From: an uncultured bacterium
Lineage (GTDB): Bacteria; Babelota; Babeliae; Babelales; Babelaceae
Length of the DNA stretch: 64,000 bases
NCBI GenBank assembly: GCA_963848965.1
Contig: CAWKFG010000004.1
Coordinates: 160,001 to 224,000, forward strand
Reading direction: 5' to 3'
The translations under genes and the position numbers were made by a program. Positions 9,566-19,461 of the stretch are shown piece by piece; within the stretch, counting starts at the first letter, position 1; the number at the start of each line of letters is the position of its first letter. The notes under the pieces are model-generated. The model did no database searches. It saw only the letters and a program-made list of their open reading frames with translations, and was not told the origin of the DNA.

Positions 9566-10944
9566 TATAATAATTCTCCTGCAAGCTTGCTTAATTCACT
9601 TCGCTCGCTTGATTCTAAGAATACAGTACCAAAAAGAGGCTGTCCCTTAAACTTAGAGCTTGCTACAACAAGACCGTTACTACTAAAATCTAAGTACGGT
9701 GAATCAATTTGATAAGGATCACCTGCAAGTATAATCTTACTTCCTTCACCAACCCGACTAATCAACGTTTTTACTTCATGAGGAGTAAGGTTTTGAACTT
9801 CGTCTATTAAGATAAATTGGTAAGGAATAGATCTACCACGCATATAGGTAATAGCCTCAAGACTTAATTTCCCTTCTTTAATAAGTTCATCAAGTGAAGG
9901 GATACCTTTCTCTTTTGCATGTTTTTTTCGTGCTTTACCTTTATAAGCTCCTTCATCCTTGTAAATAGACATTTGCTGAGCAGCATTTACTGAGTGAGTA
10001 ATAAAATCCATATTATCATAAATAGGCTGCATCCAACTATGCAATTTCTCATGGATATCACCAGGCAGATACCCAATATCTGGCCCTAAAGGAATAACAG
10101 GCCGTGTAACAAGAATCTTTTCAAAATCATGCTCAATAAGTACCTGGTGTAACCCTGCAAGAAGCGCTAAAAATGTTTTACCTGTTCCTGCAGGACCAAT
10201 AAGCGTTACTAATTGGATACCCGGATCAAATAAAATGTCGAGCGCCATAAGCTGCTGAGGATTACGTGGCTCGAGCGGCCAGCGTAAAGGTGGTGTTTGA
10301 ACAGGTTTAAATTTCCCTTGGCCTAAATATCTAAAAAGGGCGTAATTGAAAGGATTATTCTTACTTTCAGCTAAAACAAATTGATTAACTACAAGTTCAT
10401 ATTCTTTTGCAAGAGCAAGAACATCATCAGGAACCTCTTTTTTAAGCTGAACAGAAGGCACTTGAATAGCCAGCCAGCCTCTATACAGCTCCTGCACGGA
10501 TACTGTATCCTTAATATAGTCAATAGCAGGAATACCAATAGCATCTGATTTTACTCGAGCATTAATATCTTTAGATACAAATTGAACTTCTGCACCACTT
10601 TTATACTTACAATAGGCAGTATATAAAATCTGATTATCTAAAATATCCTGTGGTAATGACCATACACAATCTTCTTCCTTTAAAGGAACAAAGAGCACTT
10701 GTAATTTTCCACCGTTATCAAGAGGAACTCCATTTTTCAAAGAACCACGGCCTCTTAATGCATCAAGCTGTCGAATAACCTCTCTACTATTAAAGCCACG
10801 CTGAGAAGATTCGCTCTTAAATTTATCAAGCTCTTCAAGGACCATAATAGGTATACCAACAGTATTGTGATCAAAGCTAAATAGTGCTTCAGGATCATGT
10901 ACAAGGACATTGGTATCTAAAATATATATCTTTTCTGCTGCCAT
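9565..10944 (-). CDS. PIN-PhoH (PhoH2-type) ATPase
   Basis: PIN motif YILDTNVLVHDP, Walker A GPAGTGKT, RGRS, DEVQN, GDPYQID. Confidence 0.93.
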   Translation of the reverse strand: MAAEKIYILDTNVLVHDPEALFSFDHNTVGIPIMVLEELDKFKSESSQRGFNSREVIRQLDALRGRGSLKNGVPLDNGGKLQVLFVPLKEEDCVWSLPQDILDNQILYTAYCKYKSGAEVQFVSKDINARVKSDAIGIPAIDYIKDTVSVQELYRGWLAIQVPSVQLKKEVPDDVLALAKEYELVVNQFVLAESKNNPFNYALFRYLGQGKFKPVQTPPLRWPLEPRNPQQLMALDILFDPGIQLVTLIGPAGTGKTFLALLAGLHQVLIEHDFEKILVTRPVIPLGPDIGYLPGDIHEKLHSWMQPIYDNMDFITHSVNAAQQMSIYKDEGAYKGKARKKHAKEKGIPSLDELIKEGKLSLEAITYMRGRSIPYQFILIDEVQNLTPHEVKTLISRVGEGSKIILAGDPYQIDSPYLDFSSNGLVVASSKFKGQPLFGTVFLESSERSELSKLAGELL

Positions 10945-11039
10945 AGTTATCCTTATTCAGTGTACTGTACTACTCATGTTGAGAAAGGTACCATACTGCA
11001 GGAAAAGACTCAATAAAATTAAAGAAAATTTGGTCTCTG

Positions 11040-12791
11040 TTAAGAAGTTCGTGATACAAATTGCTCTTGATACAATCTTCGAATTTCTGTAACTGTAGTT
11101 GCTTCTTCTGGTGTTTTATCTGGTCTATAACCAATAAAACGAGGAAATCGCAAAGCAAGTCCTGGTTTATCGTCTGTACGAGCTGCTGTATGTAAAGGCG
11201 ACTGAGAAATATTATCTGCTAAAATTTCTACCACTAAAGACGGCTGAACCCAAACATCCGGCACCAATGCAGGCGCACAAACAACATTCTTAGGCTGCTT
11301 AGGCACTATTAGAGCATCACAGTTTCTTTTAAGTTCACGCCACTGCTCATCCTTAAGACCTGTTCCTACTTTTGCAATCGTTTCAAAACGATCTTTTTCT
11401 TTATTATAGATACCTACAAGAAATGCTCCTATACCTAATGCAGCTCGCTTTCCTCGTCCTGCATAATAGCCAAGCACAACAGTATCTACTGTATCAGCAA
11501 GATGTCCTTCTTCTGCTTGCTTAAGCTTAATCCAATTAAAGTTTCGTTTACCTGCTTGATACGAAGCCTGTGGTCGCTTTGCTACAATACCCTCTAATCC
11601 TTGCGAAATTTCTTCGTTAAAATAATCATTAAGCTCTTTGGCAGTTGTACAAATACGCTCTTCAATAACCTCTATAGCTGAACTTAACGGACGATGGAAA
11701 AGCTTTTCTAACAAGTCACGTCTGGTTTCATGAGAAAGATCTAAAACACTTTTCCCGTTAAGATATAACACATCGAACAGAAAAAGCTTTAAAGGAAGCG
11801 ATTCAAGCACCTCTTCAATACCATGCTTACGCTTACGTTTTACTGTCTCCTGAAAAGGCAAAAATGTCTGAGTATTTTCATCATAGACAATTGCTTCTCC
11901 TTCCATAATAACCGTTTGGGCAGGAATATGCTCTAATGCCTCTACAAGATCAGGAAACATAAGTGACATATCTTGTAAATTACGGGAGTAGAACCATATA
12001 TGTGGCTTCTTATGCCGTCTATCAACGTGAATCTGTAATCTAAATCCATCAAGCTTCGGCTGTGCAACACACGGGCCTATACGCTTTATAACTTCTTGAG
12101 CACTTACTGCTCGTTCTGCTGCAGCTGGCCGTATGGGAGTCCCTATCGTCGGCTGTATCTCTGTTAACACATGAACACCATGCGCCTTGAGCTTATAAGC
12201 AATAAGACCTATATCTGCACGCACGTTATATGCTTCCTCTATAGTATCATGAAGAGATTTATCTCCTGTAATCATCCATGAAAGAGCATCAATTAACGTC
12301 ATATCAGAAAAGCCCATACGCAACTTTCCGGTAATACTACGAATAATGTATCCTGCTGAAAGTGCATCTACCTCTCTTAAAAGCGATGCAAGTAGTGCAG
12401 CCTTTTCTTCTTGTGAACCTGAACCGGAGATAGCCTGTAACTTTACTAAGCTATTATACACATCCTCTACTGAAAGACTATGATCTTTATATGGCCAATG
12501 ACTTTGAGCAACATAGAGCCCTATATCCCCTACTTTTTTTACCTCTTTTGTATATGTTTCAAGCGATGTATGCTGTAACGTAGCAAGCAGTTTAAGAATA
12601 CTTTTATCAGCGTAGTTAAACTGACTGCCTAAATAAGGAGCTCGTACAGTTCCAAGCGATAGATAACAAATAATTTGTGCTTCATGCGCCGTTGCTCTCT
12701 TAAAAAGATCAGCAAGAAGGCGCGTCATTGCAAGACGAGATGATTCTTGAGTTAAAGAAAGAAAAACTTCGGCTAATTCACGAAACGTCAT
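11040..12791 (-). CDS. ATP-dependent DNA ligase with N-terminal DNA-binding domain
   Basis: KLDGFR, MEGE, FDVLY, EGIVAK, WIKLK, LRFPRF motifs. Confidence 0.95.
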   Translation of the reverse strand: MTFRELAEVFLSLTQESSRLAMTRLLADLFKRATAHEAQIICYLSLGTVRAPYLGSQFNYADKSILKLLATLQHTSLETYTKEVKKVGDIGLYVAQSHWPYKDHSLSVEDVYNSLVKLQAISGSGSQEEKAALLASLLREVDALSAGYIIRSITGKLRMGFSDMTLIDALSWMITGDKSLHDTIEEAYNVRADIGLIAYKLKAHGVHVLTEIQPTIGTPIRPAAAERAVSAQEVIKRIGPCVAQPKLDGFRLQIHVDRRHKKPHIWFYSRNLQDMSLMFPDLVEALEHIPAQTVIMEGEAIVYDENTQTFLPFQETVKRKRKHGIEEVLESLPLKLFLFDVLYLNGKSVLDLSHETRRDLLEKLFHRPLSSAIEVIEERICTTAKELNDYFNEEISQGLEGIVAKRPQASYQAGKRNFNWIKLKQAEEGHLADTVDTVVLGYYAGRGKRAALGIGAFLVGIYNKEKDRFETIAKVGTGLKDEQWRELKRNCDALIVPKQPKNVVCAPALVPDVWVQPSLVVEILADNISQSPLHTAARTDDKPGLALRFPRFIGYRPDKTPEEATTVTEIRRLYQEQFVSRTS

Positions 12792-13372
12792 AGCATTTCC
12801 CTTACCTGTTTAAAAAAAGAAAAATAATACTCAGCTGCAGAATAAAGTGAAAAAAAGAGAGCGCTAAACAGAAAAAAGTATTCTAAAGCAGAAGAGAATA
12901 TATATAAGCCACCAGGGTAAGGATTCATAATAACCCAAGTCAAATAAGCCATTTGAAAACATGTCTTAAGTTTTGCCTTATAACTTACTGAAAGCGTATA
13001 TCCATATGATTGTGCTACCTGCCGCAGTGCCATAATAAAAAATTCTCTTCCAATAAACAAAAGTGCCCAATAAAAATAGATCTTATGAATATAGACAAGC
13101 GGAATAAGTGTAGAATACAAGAGGAACTTATCTGCAATAGGATCAAGCAACCTACCAAGCACTGTAATTTGACCATATCTACGCGCTAAATACCCATCAA
13201 AGAAATCAGTAAGACTCAAAACTATAAAAAAAATACCCAGTAGAACATTATAGAGAGGAACATGAAGAGGCAAAAAATACACCAATAAAAAGGGTAAAAG
13301 TAAAGGAGATACGAGTAACCGTATAAACGTGAGGGTTAAAGGAACGTTGAATGTAAGTGTGTTCATGCACAA
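12788..13372 (-). CDS. pgsA: CDP-diacylglycerol--glycerol-3-phosphate 3-phosphatidyltransferase
   Basis: TDFFDGYLARRYGQITVLGRLLDPIADK CDP-alcohol phosphotransferase motif. Confidence 0.92.
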   Translation of the reverse strand: MCMNTLTFNVPLTLTFIRLLVSPLLLPFLLVYFLPLHVPLYNVLLGIFFIVLSLTDFFDGYLARRYGQITVLGRLLDPIADKFLLYSTLIPLVYIHKIYFYWALLFIGREFFIMALRQVAQSYGYTLSVSYKAKLKTCFQMAYLTWVIMNPYPGGLYIFSSALEYFFLFSALFFSLYSAAEYYFSFFKQVREML

Positions 13373-13435
13373 TCAACCCAAGGCTTTCGCTAACAACGGT
13401 ATTTAATAATCACTTATCCTTAATGAGCATACTAG

Positions 13436-13564
13436 CCCAGCCTTCCTCCTACGCTTATCCGCCTTCGTTAAAACTTTGTCGACTTCGGCGGACTAAAGAC
13501 GTGCCAGCCCGTCTACGCTTTCAGCTACGCCGGGTTACAGCGAAGCTCCTTGAGGAGCGAAAAC
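13436..13564. repeat. Cluster of GC-rich REP-like imperfect hairpins abutting the tRNA-Met 3' end
   Basis: CCGCCTTCG...TTCGGCGG, CTACGCTTTCAGCTACG, GCGAAGCTCCTTGAGGAGCGAAAACTGG; the last resembles 56895-56921 and 59898-59924. Confidence 0.6.
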
Positions 13565-13641
13565 TGGTGGCGACGCAGGGACTCGAACCCCGGACCTACG
13601 GATTATGATTCCGCCGCTCTAACCAGCTGAGCTACGTCGCC
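13565..13641 (-). tRNA. tRNA-Met(CAT), elongator type
   Basis: Reverse complement folds as cloverleaf; GCGGA-AT-CAT-AA-TCCGT anticodon arm; encoded CCA. Confidence 0.95.
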
Positions 13642-13650
13642 TTAGTATTT

Positions 13651-15222
13651 TTAAATCGCTATTTTACGAACTCCGAGTGTCAACACAAAGTTAAAGATCC
13701 ATCGCAACAGGATAAGACCTGTAATAAGTGTTGATACAATACCAATCATCATGGTAAGGGCAAATCCTTGTATTGCTGGAGAGCCAAGATAGTATAATAC
13801 TGCTCCAATAATAAAGGTTGTAATATTTGCATCTAAAATTACTGCAAGAGCACCGTTAAATCCAGCATCAACTGATTTTTGTAGCGACGCTCCAAGCGCT
13901 AATTCTTCTTTAACACGTTCATAAATAAGAATTGAAGAGTCTATTGCCATCCCTACCGTTAATACCATACCTGCAATTCCAGGAAGTGTCAATGTTGCAT
14001 CTGGTATAAGTGCTAAACCAAATAAAATCAATAAAAGATTATAGAGCAACACTACAAAAGCAAAGATTCCTGCAGTTTTATAGACAATCGCACTAAAGAG
14101 TAAGAGCAACCCAAGCGCTATAGCACATGAGAGCAACCCTCTGTAAATAGACTCTTGACCAAGAGAAGGTCCTATATGTCTTTCTTCAATAACCTCTACA
14201 GGAGCTACAAACGAACCTGATTTTAACAGTGTTACTAACTCTTTTGCACTTTCTTCACTAAAGCTTCCAGAAACTGTCGCCTGTCCTCCATCAATAGCTG
14301 AATTAACAGCTGGTGCAGAAACCACAACGTTATCAATGACAATCGCTACAAGTTTTCCTACATTCTCTTTAGTAAGTTCATAAAATTTTCGAGCTCCATC
14401 TGGCTTAAACTCTATAGCAACACGATGCGGAGTCTTTTGACCAGTTAAAAGAAAATCGCTTGAAAAATCATATCGTACATCTTTCAGCTGTTTTCCACTA
14501 ACTTTTGCAAATAAAGGTAATAGATAAAAACCACTATCATCTTTACTTGCTGCTATCATGGTTCCTTCTGGAATTTTACCATTATACCGTTCAAGCAGCT
14601 CTTCTTTTGTACGTGCTTGATCATAAACAGCTTTCATTTCAAGAACAGCTGCTGTTCCTATGCGAGCTTTCGCTTTTTCTGGATCAGTAACATTAGGTAA
14701 CTCAATACCAATTCTTCGTGTTCCTTGAGGAACAATACCAATTTCACCAGCACCAAAAGCATCCAAACGAGTACGCAAAATAGATATATTACCTTCAATT
14801 GCTTCACGCTGAAGATCATCAAGCTGCGCTTTAGGGAGAGTAAATTTCAAATTTTTACCATCTTGTACAATTTTTATCATACTTGAAGCAGGAGCTTTAT
14901 AGATCTTTAAAGCTTGAGCAGCTGCAGCTTCTGATGGAAATGAAAGCAGACCAACAGCCTCTTGCTCATTAATAAAAGGAGCACTAGGCAATTCCTTATT
15001 TTCTTTCTTTGCTGCATCAATAAGATCTTGCATCGTGCTTAAAAGCTCATTTTTTACTGCTTCTTCAATCTTAACGTCAAGCGTTAAGTAGGTACCCCCT
15101 ACTAAATCTATCCCAAAGTTTATGTAATGACGAATATTATACATGAGATAGATACCACCGAGCGTTACTGATAACCATACAAGAGCGCCAAGCAGTATTG
15201 TAGGCCGAGATGAAAGCGTCAT
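13651..15222 (-). CDS. secD: Protein translocase subunit SecD
   Basis: FGIDLVGG, IGPSLG, LTLPGIAGMVLTVGMAIDSSILIYERVKEE, DANITT. Confidence 0.96.
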   Translation of the reverse strand: MTLSSRPTILLGALVWLSVTLGGIYLMYNIRHYINFGIDLVGGTYLTLDVKIEEAVKNELLSTMQDLIDAAKKENKELPSAPFINEQEAVGLLSFPSEAAAAQALKIYKAPASSMIKIVQDGKNLKFTLPKAQLDDLQREAIEGNISILRTRLDAFGAGEIGIVPQGTRRIGIELPNVTDPEKAKARIGTAAVLEMKAVYDQARTKEELLERYNGKIPEGTMIAASKDDSGFYLLPLFAKVSGKQLKDVRYDFSSDFLLTGQKTPHRVAIEFKPDGARKFYELTKENVGKLVAIVIDNVVVSAPAVNSAIDGGQATVSGSFSEESAKELVTLLKSGSFVAPVEVIEERHIGPSLGQESIYRGLLSCAIALGLLLLFSAIVYKTAGIFAFVVLLYNLLLILFGLALIPDATLTLPGIAGMVLTVGMAIDSSILIYERVKEELALGASLQKSVDAGFNGALAVILDANITTFIIGAVLYYLGSPAIQGFALTMMIGIVSTLITGLILLRWIFNFVLTLGVRKIAI

Positions 15223-15252
15223 GTAATTCCTTTAAATGTTATAAAAGTTGAT

Positions 15253-15339
15253 TGGTGCGGAAGAAGGGACTCGAACCCCCACGGGATTACTCCCACAGCC
15301 CCCTCAAAGCTGCGTGTCTACCAGTTTCACCACTTCCGC
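15253..15339 (-). tRNA. tRNA-Leu(GAG)
   Basis: Cloverleaf with long variable arm; CAGCT-TT-GAG-GG-GGCTG; CCA end. Confidence 0.95.
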
Positions 15340-15394
15340 CTTCTGAGAATTAGTAGTAGTGTATCACATTTAGGAGCCTTTATCAAATTTTTTT

Positions 15395-16432
15395 TTAGCT
15401 TTGAGGTACTGATCGTTCTTTGCCAGGCACCCTTTTCTCTTCAGGACGCGAGGCAAAAAAAGAGCCAAAGAAGTTTTTAACAGTATTCCATAAAGAGCTC
15501 ACTGCTGAAACCAGAGAATTCCATAGCTTCTGCCACCAGCTCATTGCCCGCTCTCTTTCTGCTTGTGCTTTCTTTGCCTTTTGTTCACGAATACGAGTTT
15601 CCTCTTCAAGAGCCTGCTTTTTCTTGAGCTCTTCCTCTTTTTTCTTTTCTTCTTCAGTTAACACGCGTAAAGGGATACCATGCTTTTCAAGGTTTTCCAC
15701 CATGGCTTTTATTTTAGGCATAAGCTGCGTTGCTCGACCTGCTGTCTGCTCTAAATATGCTCGTAAAGGACCTTCAATATAGGCAATAAGAGCTTGAATA
15801 TTTTCAGTACTATTTTCTATAATATCGTAGAGCTGTTTAGCCCTTTGATCATCAAGAACATTTTCTATTTTTTCAAAACTTTCAAGTGCACGCTCTTCAA
15901 ATCGTTCAGCCTTTTTAAGCTGTTCAGAAGCTACTTTTTCTGCCTCTTCAATATGATTACCTAAAGAGCCAAGCATGTCTATATCTACTTTTAACTGCTC
16001 TAAGTTTTTTTGCTGATCGGCTAATTCAATGTGCTGTGCACGTTGCTCAGCAGAGAGCTCTTCAACAGTTGTCTGTTGCTCTTCTTGCGTTGTTTTAATT
16101 TCCTCAAGTGCTTTATCAATCATTTCTTGTGTTGTCTTTTGTCTTATTCTTAAGGAATTATAAAAAGCATCGAGCTCTTTTTTTATAGTTGATCTTCTAT
16201 CTAAAAATGCTTCTGTAAGTGACTTCAGTTGTGCTATTTTTCCTTGAATAGCTTCATAAGCAGGTTTTGCTTTTCTCCACCATTGCAATTTTTCATACCA
16301 ATTACCAGAATCTGGCTCATCTGAAGCAAGATCTTCTTTTTCTTCATCAGGTTGCAGAAATGGAAACTCAGTAGCAAAGCCTGTAGCATAGGGAACCAAG
16401 AAGGCTAAAAAAAACAGCTGCTTTATGCTCAT
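15395..16432 (-). CDS. Hypothetical secreted coiled-coil protein with C-terminal amphipathic helix
   Basis: Signal peptide; long E/K/Q heptads; SWWQKLWNSLVSAVSSLWNTVKNFFGSFF. Confidence 0.7.
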   Translation of the reverse strand: MSIKQLFFLAFLVPYATGFATEFPFLQPDEEKEDLASDEPDSGNWYEKLQWWRKAKPAYEAIQGKIAQLKSLTEAFLDRRSTIKKELDAFYNSLRIRQKTTQEMIDKALEEIKTTQEEQQTTVEELSAEQRAQHIELADQQKNLEQLKVDIDMLGSLGNHIEEAEKVASEQLKKAERFEERALESFEKIENVLDDQRAKQLYDIIENSTENIQALIAYIEGPLRAYLEQTAGRATQLMPKIKAMVENLEKHGIPLRVLTEEEKKKEEELKKKQALEEETRIREQKAKKAQAERERAMSWWQKLWNSLVSAVSSLWNTVKNFFGSFFASRPEEKRVPGKERSVPQS

Positions 16433-16449
16433 AGGTATTCCTTACCAAG

Positions 16450-16911
16450 CTATAGTGTTCGTGCAAGTTCCTTTAACTCATTCATAAGCGCTTTAGAGAG
16501 CTCTTCAGCTTCGTAGGAAGTATAACTCCATCGAACTCCTCCATCTACGCGAGTCAACACGGACCGATCACTTTTAATATCAATAATATCAATACGTACT
16601 ACATTCATTAAAGGATGTACTAAAGAAGGAGCTCGAACTACTCCAGCACGTCCTAGTACACTGTATGCTATATTATTATCATACAAAAAGCAAAGCATTA
16701 CTTTTTTCTGCCATACCATATTGTGATAGCCTGTATGATCCTTATGAATAGACATAAGTATACTTTCAAGTCCCTTAGGATAAACGCACTGGATAGGGGT
16801 AGTATGAGGAAGTCCCTTTTCTGAGAATGTAGCAAGAACAGAGACTACTCCCTCGCTCTTTAACGCATTGTTTAAATCTTCTGGTAACTTTATACCAACA
16901 TGCTTAGCCAT
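16450..16911 (-). CDS. Pyridoxamine 5'-phosphate oxidase-like (FMN split-barrel) protein
   Basis: VLATFSEKGLPHTTPI motif and size typical of the fold. Confidence 0.6.
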   Translation of the reverse strand: MAKHVGIKLPEDLNNALKSEGVVSVLATFSEKGLPHTTPIQCVYPKGLESILMSIHKDHTGYHNMVWQKKVMLCFLYDNNIAYSVLGRAGVVRAPSLVHPLMNVVRIDIIDIKSDRSVLTRVDGGVRWSYTSYEAEELSKALMNELKELARTL

Positions 16912-16936
16912 ACATTTTTTCCTATCTCAATCTATG

Positions 16937-18100
16937 TTATATACAAGAAAGTTTCACAGTAACTTCATTTGCAACAGCAAGTCCTTGTAAGGTCAGATAA
17001 GCGTGCTCATCATCATATGCCAAAAGCCCTGCCTCAACAAGAGCATCTGCTGCTTGAAAAAAAGCTTTTTTTTGCCCTTCAGATAAGAAGTGTAAAATTT
17101 CTTTTAAAACTACCCCCCTTGTTTGCCGTAAGCCAAGCATAAGCATCTCTAACCATGCCTGCTTTTGTGTAAGCTCTTCTGAAAATAGTGTCACATCAGA
17201 TTCCCCTTCTATACCTTCAAGATATTTAAGCAAACTTTTTTCATTCTGAAATCGTGCTCGTCCATCAAACGAGCATGCTCCTAATCCAAATCCTTTATAA
17301 GGCTTTCTTTGCCAATAGACGCTGTTATGTAGCGATATATGTCCTTGCCGAGCAAAATTAGAAATCTCATACTGCATAAATCCAGCACGAGCAAATTGCT
17401 CAATACTCCACATATAAAGATCTACGATAGCTTCTTCTGGTGGGAGCACTATTTTTTGTGCCTTTACTCCAAAATAGAGCGGAGTATCCTCGTGTACTGT
17501 TAAAAAGTACAAAGAAACATGGTTAATAGGCCAATCGACAACGGTAGCCACAAGCTCTTTCCATTCTTCAGCCGATACTCCTGGTAGTCCAATAATAAGA
17601 TCAACTGAAAGATTATCATACAATGCTTGTGCTTTTTCTAAAAGTTGGTACACATCAGAAGCTCGCTGATGACGATTCAAACCAGAGAGCACCTTATCAT
17701 TGAGGCTCTGAACTCCTATAGAAAGACGATTAATGCCCATACTCTTCCATGCTTCCAGCTTTTCATCTGTTATTGTTCCTGGATTCACCTCAATTGAAAT
17801 TTCAGCTCGAGGATCTAAGCCATATCTCTCTTTTAGTATACCAAACGTGTCAAGTAGTAAATGAAGAGGATACGTGCTTGGCGTGCCACCGCCAAAAAAT
17901 ACAGTTTTTAAAGGCTCTTTATAGAGTCGTTCATGTGCAAACATTTCAAGTTCTTTTTTTAAAGCTTCATGATAGCGATCCATAAAATGATCATGACCTG
18001 CAAGTGCAACAAAAGGACAAAAATGGCACTTATAAGGACAAAATGGCCAATGAATGTATAATGAGTGTACTGGAGCAGCCAGCGCAAACTTTTTTATCAT
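16937..18100 (-). CDS. hemW: Radical SAM heme chaperone HemW (HemN-like)
   Basis: LYIHWPFCPYKCHFC, FFGGGTPS, RLSIGVQS, YEISNF. Confidence 0.92.
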   Translation of the reverse strand: MIKKFALAAPVHSLYIHWPFCPYKCHFCPFVALAGHDHFMDRYHEALKKELEMFAHERLYKEPLKTVFFGGGTPSTYPLHLLLDTFGILKERYGLDPRAEISIEVNPGTITDEKLEAWKSMGINRLSIGVQSLNDKVLSGLNRHQRASDVYQLLEKAQALYDNLSVDLIIGLPGVSAEEWKELVATVVDWPINHVSLYFLTVHEDTPLYFGVKAQKIVLPPEEAIVDLYMWSIEQFARAGFMQYEISNFARQGHISLHNSVYWQRKPYKGFGLGACSFDGRARFQNEKSLLKYLEGIEGESDVTLFSEELTQKQAWLEMLMLGLRQTRGVVLKEILHFLSEGQKKAFFQAADALVEAGLLAYDDEHAYLTLQGLAVANEVTVKLSCI

Positions 18101-18103
18101 ACG

Positions 18104-18601
18104 TTATGAAGACTTTTGACGATGAGTTGAGATAAATGAAATAGTATACATGATATCACTCTTTATATGCTTTTCAAGAACTGTTTGGTGTGCAAATTTT
18201 ACCCCTTGAGCATGTTCTATAAGCTCATTTAAACGACGTTGAGTCGCTTCATCATAACCTCTTTTCTTTACCTCTTCAATAAGCTCCCAATCAGTAATAC
18301 CACGAGGAGTTCCTTTGTATACACCTTGCATGTAGCACTTTAAACTATCTGTAAGCTCTTGATACGCTTGATAATACTGCTCACGCGAACTAAATTTTTT
18401 TTCAGAGAGCATCTTTAAGCGCCTTAAAAGTGGTGCTGGAAACTTATTTTTAGACAACATAGAGCGTCTTAAAATCCACAGGCCACCAAGAAGAATACTT
18501 ACCCCTATAAAAATAAGTATACCATAGCCAACCTCTGTTTGCCAAAAGGAGGTAGTCCATATACCATATACTTCAGGTAAATCAAGCTGTGTGCTGTTCA
18601 T
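18104..18601 (-). CDS. Single-TM protein of the type found in MoxR/DUF58/VWA (Bat) operons
   Basis: N-terminal TM, GITDWEL, VKFAH; directly downstream of DUF58 gene. Confidence 0.55.
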   Translation of the reverse strand: MNSTQLDLPEVYGIWTTSFWQTEVGYGILIFIGVSILLGGLWILRRSMLSKNKFPAPLLRRLKMLSEKKFSSREQYYQAYQELTDSLKCYMQGVYKGTPRGITDWELIEEVKKRGYDEATQRRLNELIEHAQGVKFAHQTVLEKHIKSDIMYTISFISTHRQKSS

Positions 18602-18602
18602 G

Positions 18603-19454
18603 CTATCTACCTCTTTGTCGTAAAAATTTCACAAGCTCTTTCATAAAAGGTTGTCCTACTACGCTATCAAAAAGATCTATACCAGCTGCTCTTAGAAGCT
18701 TTTCTTGTTCAGTACGCCATGAAGAGAGCAATGTATTAATCATGTGGGTAGTATATATGCTCTCTTTATGTGTCTCTGAATCTTCAAAGATAAGAGTTCC
18801 TACATCGGGAAATGAAAGCTCGCGAGGATCTGAACATCTAAATGCAACGAGTTCATGACGTCGAGCAACAACTTTTAAAAGAGAGTCATTAAGTGGTGCT
18901 GTAAAATCTGAAATAAAACAGACAAGCGCATTTTTATGCTTCATAGACGCTATGTGTTTCAGCGGAACATTCATATCAGTTTTACGGCTTTTAGGTGTAT
19001 GAGTAAGCAATGTCTGTAAAAGAAAGAGAACATGTGCTCGATCTGCAGCCGGACGAAGCACAACTTCTACCTCATCAGTAAATAAAAGAAGTCCTACTGA
19101 ATCTTTTGTATGTAATGCTGCAAAAGCAAGTACAGCTGAAATTTCAGCAACAAGGCGCGTCTTAAAATGCTCTGATGATCCATAACCCTGAGAAGCTGAA
19201 GCATCAACTACAAGAAGGATTATCCTATTACGATCTTCTAGGTATTCTCTGACAAGCAGTTTTTGCACTTTTGCTGAGCTTTTCCAATCAATAAATCGTA
19301 CATCATCACCCTGTTGATAATCTCTTAGTTGATGAAATTCAAACCCGGTTCCTTTTTGCTTACTCCGCCAATCACTTAAAAGAGGACCTGACAAAAGTTT
19401 TTTCGTTTTAAGCTCAATGCGTGAGAGAAATTTATATATTTCAGGTACTATCAT
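18603..19454 (-). CDS. DUF58 domain protein
   Basis: GFEFHQLRDYQQGDDVRFIDWKSSAK, VDASAS. Confidence 0.92.
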   Translation of the reverse strand: MIVPEIYKFLSRIELKTKKLLSGPLLSDWRSKQKGTGFEFHQLRDYQQGDDVRFIDWKSSAKVQKLLVREYLEDRNRIILLVVDASASQGYGSSEHFKTRLVAEISAVLAFAALHTKDSVGLLLFTDEVEVVLRPAADRAHVLFLLQTLLTHTPKSRKTDMNVPLKHIASMKHKNALVCFISDFTAPLNDSLLKVVARRHELVAFRCSDPRELSFPDVGTLIFEDSETHKESIYTTHMINTLLSSWRTEQEKLLRAAGIDLFDSVVGQPFMKELVKFLRQRGR

Positions 19455-19461
19455 ACTATTC

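Noticed and set aside
11040..12791. Archaeal/eukaryote-like ATP-dependent ligase as a novelty
   Set aside because: This ligase type is already known in various bacteria and sits in a housekeeping operon here
13357..13608. 83-aa + strand ORF
   Set aside because: Antisense to tRNA-Met and made of REP-like hairpin sequence; spurious
13651..19454. secD without secF, DUF58 without MoxR/VWA partners (also sbcC without sbcD)
   Set aside because: Partners may lie elsewhere in the genome; cannot be judged from one window
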